Below, piece by piece: positions 58,927 through 64,000 of a stretch of 64,000 bases of DNA. Source of the stretch: Opitutales bacterium (GTDB lineage: Bacteria; Verrucomicrobiota; Verrucomicrobiia; Opitutales; PNEW01); contig CBDANS010000007.1 of assembly GCA_965197745.1 (NCBI GenBank), positions 1 through 64,000 on the forward strand, in the 5' to 3' direction. The position numbers and the translations under genes were made by a program. Below the pieces are notes generated by a model that was given only the letters and a program-made list of their open reading frames with translations, searched no databases and had not been told where the DNA came from. The first letter of the stretch is position 1. Each line of letters begins with the position of its first letter.

Positions 58927-61137
58927 TCACTCAATCGTTAACTCTTCTGTCGTCACCGTGACTTCATCCCCGTCTTCGTTGGCGAATGTGGCATCGATAC
59001 TTAGTGTCGGTTGTGGGGTGTTGTCGGACTTGAAATTGTTCTGCGTGATCAGGGTTTCAAAACCGGGCGTTGTCGATCCGCTCTCCGCGACTACGACCGA
59101 GGCGCTGTTCGTCTGAGACAGATCGCCTCCTGTTATCCTCAACCCGGGGTTGCCCGCCGGCACCGTGAAGGACCCTTCACCAAACAAAAGGTGGGGTACC
59201 GCATCGCCACTGGCATCGATGTCGCCTACGGTTAGGCGTACCGCGATCGGTATTCCGCGCGCATCGACACCGGTCTTACCGGTACTCCCACTAAAGACCG
59301 TGTTCGACAGCTGCATTCCGCCCATTCCCGTGGAATTAACGACTTCCACCAGGGTCACGTCGGCTTGTGCATCATAGACCTGTCCCTCGGGGAACAGCGC
59401 CTGGTTCACGGCATTGATCGATCCCACGGTGAAGATACTGAAGAAGGTACTGGAGCCCGCTCCATCGATGATCACGCTGGGTTTGCCGGTTACGTACTCT
59501 ACTGCCTGGTTGTAGCGTGGGGGAATAGCTGGGGGCAGGAAGGTGGCCGGGTCGAGGGTTACGGTAAAGGTCCCTGCGCCCGAGAATTCTACTTGCACAA
59601 TGTCCTCGGTTTCATCCATGAAAGAGACGCGTGTAATTTGTCCCGGTCTTGCCTGGAGCTGGATGGATTCACCCGTGAGTAAAATCTGGTCGAAGACGTT
59701 ACCGTTGGGGTGTTGAATGTTCTCTCCCGCGATATCACCCGTGCCATCGAGGACGAGGGGCACGGAGGGTGCTGCTACCGTTATGACCGCTGTATCGCTG
59801 TCAGCACTACCTCCGGCGTTAGTTATCTGTGCCCAGTAGTTAATGCTCGCGGTGAGAGCCCCGGTAGTTAAAGTGCCACTAGTGGCTCCGGCGACGGGGT
59901 TGGAAGTGTCACCGCTGTTACCGGTATACCATTGGTAAGCTAGATCATCGCCGCTGGCGGCTACTGATAACACGACAGCCGTCCCGGACTGCACTTCCTG
60001 GCTCGCGGGCTGGGTCGTGATGGAGGGGCCTTGTGCGGTAGGGGGTCCATCTTCGAAACCCGGAGCTCCAACTGGGGAAAAGCCAAAGTTGTCGACGGCG
60101 GTATTGCTGAACAATGGATTTATATTTACTTTATCGTGTATAACAATTTTGGCAATGCCACCTACGGCTCCCAATTCGCTGGCAATAAATGTAAAAGGAG
60201 GAACTAATGATTGCGCATTGATATTAGACTGCAGGTTTATTTCCCTGACGAGTAAATTATCTTCAGTATCAAATACCTCAATAGTCCCATCCGATTCTTC
60301 GAGACCGCTGCTGCTGGATGTCACGATGGTTGCGGCAAAAAATTGCACCCGCGCTGCCGGTGTTTCAAAAGTGATCGTTCCGGTTTTTCCATTCGAAACT
60401 CTCCAGTGATTACGAGCTGTGCGGTATTGAATTCCTAATTCTTCAGATTCTTGGGATATCGCTCCTCCTGAAAAAGTAGCTGTATACGGCGATACTCCTA
60501 AGATAACGTCATCAGTTGTCTGGGGAAATTCTCTAAAATAGGTGAATACCGTATTATTAGTTGGCCCATCGATGAAGGTAAAACCCAGATCGTCGATGGA
60601 TAGTTTACCGGTAACATTTAAGAATTTAATTTCGTGCATGCCGTCAAAGTAGTTGAGATCCTCTAAATCCTGGAAAAACCCACTGAAGGCGACGGCACGT
60701 TGTAGTGGTGGATTCGTATCGGGACTGATACTTTGCGGCAGGCCCGTTATTATACCTGACATACTATTTATTCCAAATACTATTTGGCTAGTGTCACTGA
60801 GTTGAATTGATCGGATTTCATACTTGCCCGCGCCGGTGCTCTCAGCTGCGTAGAATTCGATTTCAGCAATCCCCTTATCAGTGAAGATCTTCCCTTCCTG
60901 TCCGGGGCCCAGGGTTAATGCTTTGGTCCCCGAGTGCAGCAGACTTGGGTCCTCTAATGTCTCTACAGTGAAACCAATAAAACGGATATCAACGGGTGGG
61001 TCACCGAGGGAAAAGTCTACCGAACCTTCAGCATCTTCAAAATCTAAAAATACTTCCTGGTCCTGTGGAAGAGCGCGAAGAAGAAGAGGAAAAATCAGTG
61101 AAATTAGCAATACGGATACAATACTTTTAAAATGCAT
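58927..61137 (-). CDS. secreted protein with Ig-like domain and Opitutales-type C-terminal domain
   Basis: Signal peptide; PSITTQPASQ...YQWY; IQHPNGNVFDQILLTG...TRVSFMD...DIVQVEFSG. Confidence 0.7.
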   Translation of the reverse strand: MHFKSIVSVLLISLIFPLLLRALPQDQEVFLDFEDAEGSVDFSLGDPPVDIRFIGFTVETLEDPSLLHSGTKALTLGPGQEGKIFTDKGIAEIEFYAAESTGAGKYEIRSIQLSDTSQIVFGINSMSGIITGLPQSISPDTNPPLQRAVAFSGFFQDLEDLNYFDGMHEIKFLNVTGKLSIDDLGFTFIDGPTNNTVFTYFREFPQTTDDVILGVSPYTATFSGGAISQESEELGIQYRTARNHWRVSNGKTGTITFETPAARVQFFAATIVTSSSSGLEESDGTIEVFDTEDNLLVREINLQSNINAQSLVPPFTFIASELGAVGGIAKIVIHDKVNINPLFSNTAVDNFGFSPVGAPGFEDGPPTAQGPSITTQPASQEVQSGTAVVLSVAASGDDLAYQWYTGNSGDTSNPVAGATSGTLTTGALTASINYWAQITNAGGSADSDTAVITVAAPSVPLVLDGTGDIAGENIQHPNGNVFDQILLTGESIQLQARPGQITRVSFMDETEDIVQVEFSGAGTFTVTLDPATFLPPAIPPRYNQAVEYVTGKPSVIIDGAGSSTFFSIFTVGSINAVNQALFPEGQVYDAQADVTLVEVVNSTGMGGMQLSNTVFSGSTGKTGVDARGIPIAVRLTVGDIDASGDAVPHLLFGEGSFTVPAGNPGLRITGGDLSQTNSASVVVAESGSTTPGFETLITQNNFKSDNTPQPTLSIDATFANEDGDEVTVTTEELTIE

Positions 61138-61477
61138 TTTTGCTCCCCCTTTAATTTAACCCCTTTTGTTAATAAGACTGCTGTGCTTTGACAGGTAACC
61201 GTAAAAAATGCAGGTTTCAACAGTTATATTAGATTTCAGTAAATTTATTACTAAACCCAAATGTCTTAAAGTGTGCTATTTCCCTTCAGTGATCATTTTA
61301 TTAAATTAAACTAAAGTAATAGACAATTTCATCAATTATTCCTGGTTCATGATTATATTCTACATAAGTTATATTAGGGAGGATAAGCTTGAGAGCCGGA
61401 TTGATACACGATCCTTGATCCTTGATGCTGGATAATTCTAGTGGTTTCCGCATATCCTCTTATACGCTTTATCGCAT

Positions 61478-62479
61478 TTACGCTTTTCCGCTCATTTCCA
61501 ACCGGAAAGAGGGTACTTTTCGTCCGTTGATATCAAAATCATCACCGGGACCGATCTCATTAAATCCCAAAGACTCAAAAAGCGATTTTTTCTCGATATC
61601 TTCAGCTGATACCGTGGCGAAACAGGAAGGTGCTCCCTTGGAAAAACCCCAATTAATTGCTTTCATCATCAAGTCTTCCCATGCATCGATAAAATGATGT
61701 TGGGTGAAGCCATCCACCTGGCACTGATTGTTCTCATTATTAATTCGCACCGTTGATAAACCAGTAAGAATACCGCTGACACTTCGAGCACCAAACCAGG
61801 TCCCGAGCCCATTCTCTTGCATTGCCTCGTAAAGAAAGTAAAGGCCCATGCATGAATTTTGATCCACGTAACGTGTTGAATAGATACCTGTGTTGGCATC
61901 TAATACCTGCCAATCGTGCGGAACAACAATCAATGGAATCATTGGAATACGATCGGAACAGGTTGCGGGTGTGAATATTACGGATTCGCTTTTGCGGAAG
62001 TAATCAACGAGAAAATCTTCTGGTGGTTCACCACTGGTAATACAGGCCATCAATGGAGTTCCAGCAAGCTTACGCCACCCCAGTCGAAAGTAGACACGCG
62101 CAGCTACCGGATTACCTGTCCCTAGAAAGATAGCCTTTCCTCCATGCTTTTGAAACTCATCTCGTGCGGCTTTGCAAACTGCTCCTGCAATTCCCAGGTT
62201 TGAGAATTCCGGGTCAGTCACTACTTCACCCAATCCACCTAATTCGGGATTAACTATAGAATGTGTTAAATGGCACGTGCCTCCCAGTTTATTTCCTTTT
62301 CGAATCATATAAACGATATCGTGGTTAAATTCTTTTTCCTCGGCATTAAAAACACCATTATAAGCAGCATAGTTAGTTCCAAATGTACTTTCCCAGAAAT
62401 TGACAAACTCTCCATGCAGATCTTCAGGCAGTGGGACTCCTAATTCTGTGATATCATGTATCGAATTCTTCATACGCAT
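61478..62479 (-). CDS. GNAT acetyltransferase (two-domain)
   Basis: LGEVVTDPEFSNLGIA...N..AARVY.RLGW. Confidence 0.8.
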   Translation of the reverse strand: MRMKNSIHDITELGVPLPEDLHGEFVNFWESTFGTNYAAYNGVFNAEEKEFNHDIVYMIRKGNKLGGTCHLTHSIVNPELGGLGEVVTDPEFSNLGIAGAVCKAARDEFQKHGGKAIFLGTGNPVAARVYFRLGWRKLAGTPLMACITSGEPPEDFLVDYFRKSESVIFTPATCSDRIPMIPLIVVPHDWQVLDANTGIYSTRYVDQNSCMGLYFLYEAMQENGLGTWFGARSVSGILTGLSTVRINNENNQCQVDGFTQHHFIDAWEDLMMKAINWGFSKGAPSCFATVSAEDIEKKSLFESLGFNEIGPGDDFDINGRKVPSFRLEMSGKA

Positions 62480-62745
62480 GCGTTCTAATTCGAACTCATC
62501 ACTCAGGGTTAAGGGTAAAGTTCAGGTAAGCGTTTAGATCTAAACCGGAAGTCTTCTAGATATATTTTTAAATTTCCGTGTAATGACTTAAAACTTATCA
62601 TTAAAAAATTAATCTTAATCAAATTAAACCTGTTAACAATTTGATAAATTGCCGATCCCAAGGACAAAAAAGTCAACAGGGCCCCACAGAATAATCCAGC
62701 TGTGCTTGAAAAAATCAAACACCACGTCGAAGAGACCAAACAGAA

Positions 62746-62858
62746 ACTTGACACCGTTTGCGTCGTTCAACAGCGTCGGACGGAGCGTCGGTAAAAGCAC
62801 ACTGGAGTTTATGTCGGACACCAAAACCATCGCTATTGATATCGGTCAGCTGTCATGA
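62746..62858 (+). pseudogene. degenerate C-terminal fragment of an aldehyde dehydrogenase
   Basis: TPFASFNSVGRSVGKSTLEFMSDTKTI resembles PFGG.K.SG.GR..G...L.F....K.I; its stop overlaps the next ATG (ATGA). Confidence 0.5.
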
Positions 62859-63322
62859 GCGCTACAAGTATCCACCACACCAAGATCAGTGTCAGCGACA
62901 TGGATCGCTCGCTGCGTTTTTATCGTGGTCTATTAGGCTTTGAACTAATCTACGATGTGTTCCGTGACGATCCGCCAGCATACCGCACGATCATGGGCTA
63001 CGAAAAGGTCAAAGTGCGCATCGCCATGTTGCGCGACAAGAACCAGCGATCCATGATCGGCTTGCTCCAGTTTGTTGAACCTGAGCCGATGGGCAGCCCG
63101 CCACCTTTGCACAGCATCGGGTTTGTCACACTCGCGGTGGAGGTCGAGAATATCCAGGCAGATTACGAGCGTATGCAACCTGAGAATATCAAAACTATCA
63201 GCCCGCCGGTGAATATCGAGCGCAACGGCAAGTGCGTCGCCCGAGCAATGTATGTGTTCGATCCCGACGGCTTACAAATTGAATTGTATCAGCCCATGGT
63301 GGCGATTGAGGATGCGTTGTGA
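62855..63322 (+). CDS. VOC/glyoxalase family protein
   Basis: IHHTKISVSDMDRSLRFY...DPDGLQIEL. Confidence 0.9.
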   Translation: MSATSIHHTKISVSDMDRSLRFYRGLLGFELIYDVFRDDPPAYRTIMGYEKVKVRIAMLRDKNQRSMIGLLQFVEPEPMGSPPPLHSIGFVTLAVEVENIQADYERMQPENIKTISPPVNIERNGKCVARAMYVFDPDGLQIELYQPMVAIEDAL

Positions 63323-64000
63323 GTAAAACCACTTTAGTCACCGGTGCTGCTCGTGGGATCGGTAAAGCCACCGCGCAACGATTGCTTGGGTTAAACCATC
63401 ACGTGATCGCGCTGGATCGCCCCGGAACAAACTGGTGGCCCCCGGAAGCAAAAAACAGGTTGACCACCGTGGAATATGACCTGGCACAGCCAGATCAGAT
63501 AAGCGAACTCGTAAGTCAACTGATAAAGGATCACGTGCCAATCACCGGCCTGGTCAACAATGCAGGCATCGTAACCAGCAATCCGCTTATTGAAACCACC
63601 GATCTCGATTGGCATCGAACACTGACAGTCAATGTGACTTCGCCATTTATCTTGATACGCAATCTTGCACCGCATATGCAGCAGATTGGTGGCGGCGCCA
63701 TCGTCAACGTCGCCAGTCGCAACGCCTTTAGATCCAGTACCGGTAAGTGCACCTACGATGCTTCCAAAGCAGCTCTCATGGCATTGACACGTACCGCTGC
63801 GGGTGAACTGGCAGCAGCTAACATCCGCGTCAACGCAGTTTGCCCCGGCGTTATCGACACACCCGCTGAAGCGTCGGTGCTGCATGAACCAATCTTTAAC
63901 GCCACCTATAAAAAGCTGATTCCGATGGATCGTTTTGGTCAACCTGATGAAATCGCTTCAGTCATTACCTTTTTACTATCCGAAGAAGCGGCCTTTTTAA
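63319..64000 (+). CDS. SDR family oxidoreductase, runs off the window end
   Basis: Own translation from GTG overlapping the previous stop: TLVTGAARGIG...LVNNAG...YDASK...NAVCPG. Confidence 0.9.
   Translation, partial: MSKTTLVTGAARGIGKATAQRLLGLNHHVIALDRPGTNWWPPEAKNRLTTVEYDLAQPDQISELVSQLIKDHVPITGLVNNAGIVTSNPLIETTDLDWHRTLTVNVTSPFILIRNLAPHMQQIGGGAIVNVASRNAFRSSTGKCTYDASKAALMALTRTAAGELAAANIRVNAVCPGVIDTPAEASVLHEPIFNATYKKLIPMDRFGQPDEIASVITFLLSEEAAFL

Noticed and set aside
63391..63942. 183-aa minus-strand ORF
   Set aside because: Antisense shadow of the plus-strand SDR at 63319-64000.

Overview
Bacterial genomic window; the integrase, vWA and secreted-protein types suggest Verrucomicrobiota/Opitutales, which is an inference. 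1-5.1 kb is repeat-rich chromosome: DUF374-like acyltransferase end, creatininase, a broken GNAT, an IS1595 carrying a passenger gene and a frameshifted vWA gene, with nested inverted repeat pairs. tRNA-Asp(GTC) at 5258-5335 is followed by an integrated satellite-like element (tyrosine integrase, DUF6499-like ORF, excisionase-like HTH, phage-type replication initiator, DnaC-like loader, no structural genes), with no attR seen in the window. The island continues with IS1-like and IS3 relics, a type I BREX remnant (brxA-brxB-brxC cut by IS3), and from ~25.9 to 53.1 kb integron-type cassette arrays on the minus strand. These have 10 attC sites, no intI in the window, and six copies of an attI-like leader. 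They are interleaved with three near-identical frameshifted IS4-family copies inserted at GGGTCAGA(G/C)TG motifs, a RAYT-derived mini-element and metabolic genes (sialidase-like, transketolase-like, sulfatase, GHL10-like, PhyH). 53-64 kb holds SDR/cupin/PhyH, FG-GAP, Ig-domain, GNAT, VOC and SDR genes. Most unusual signals: the repeated attI-like leaders; a family of 20-43 nt hairpin micro-insertions (TWCCGAG-hairpin-CGACA) at the same codon of two different IS3 transposases; GGGGTCAG motifs at gene-block junctions; and nested inverted short-repeat pairs. All product calls come from motif recognition by eye; no database search was run.
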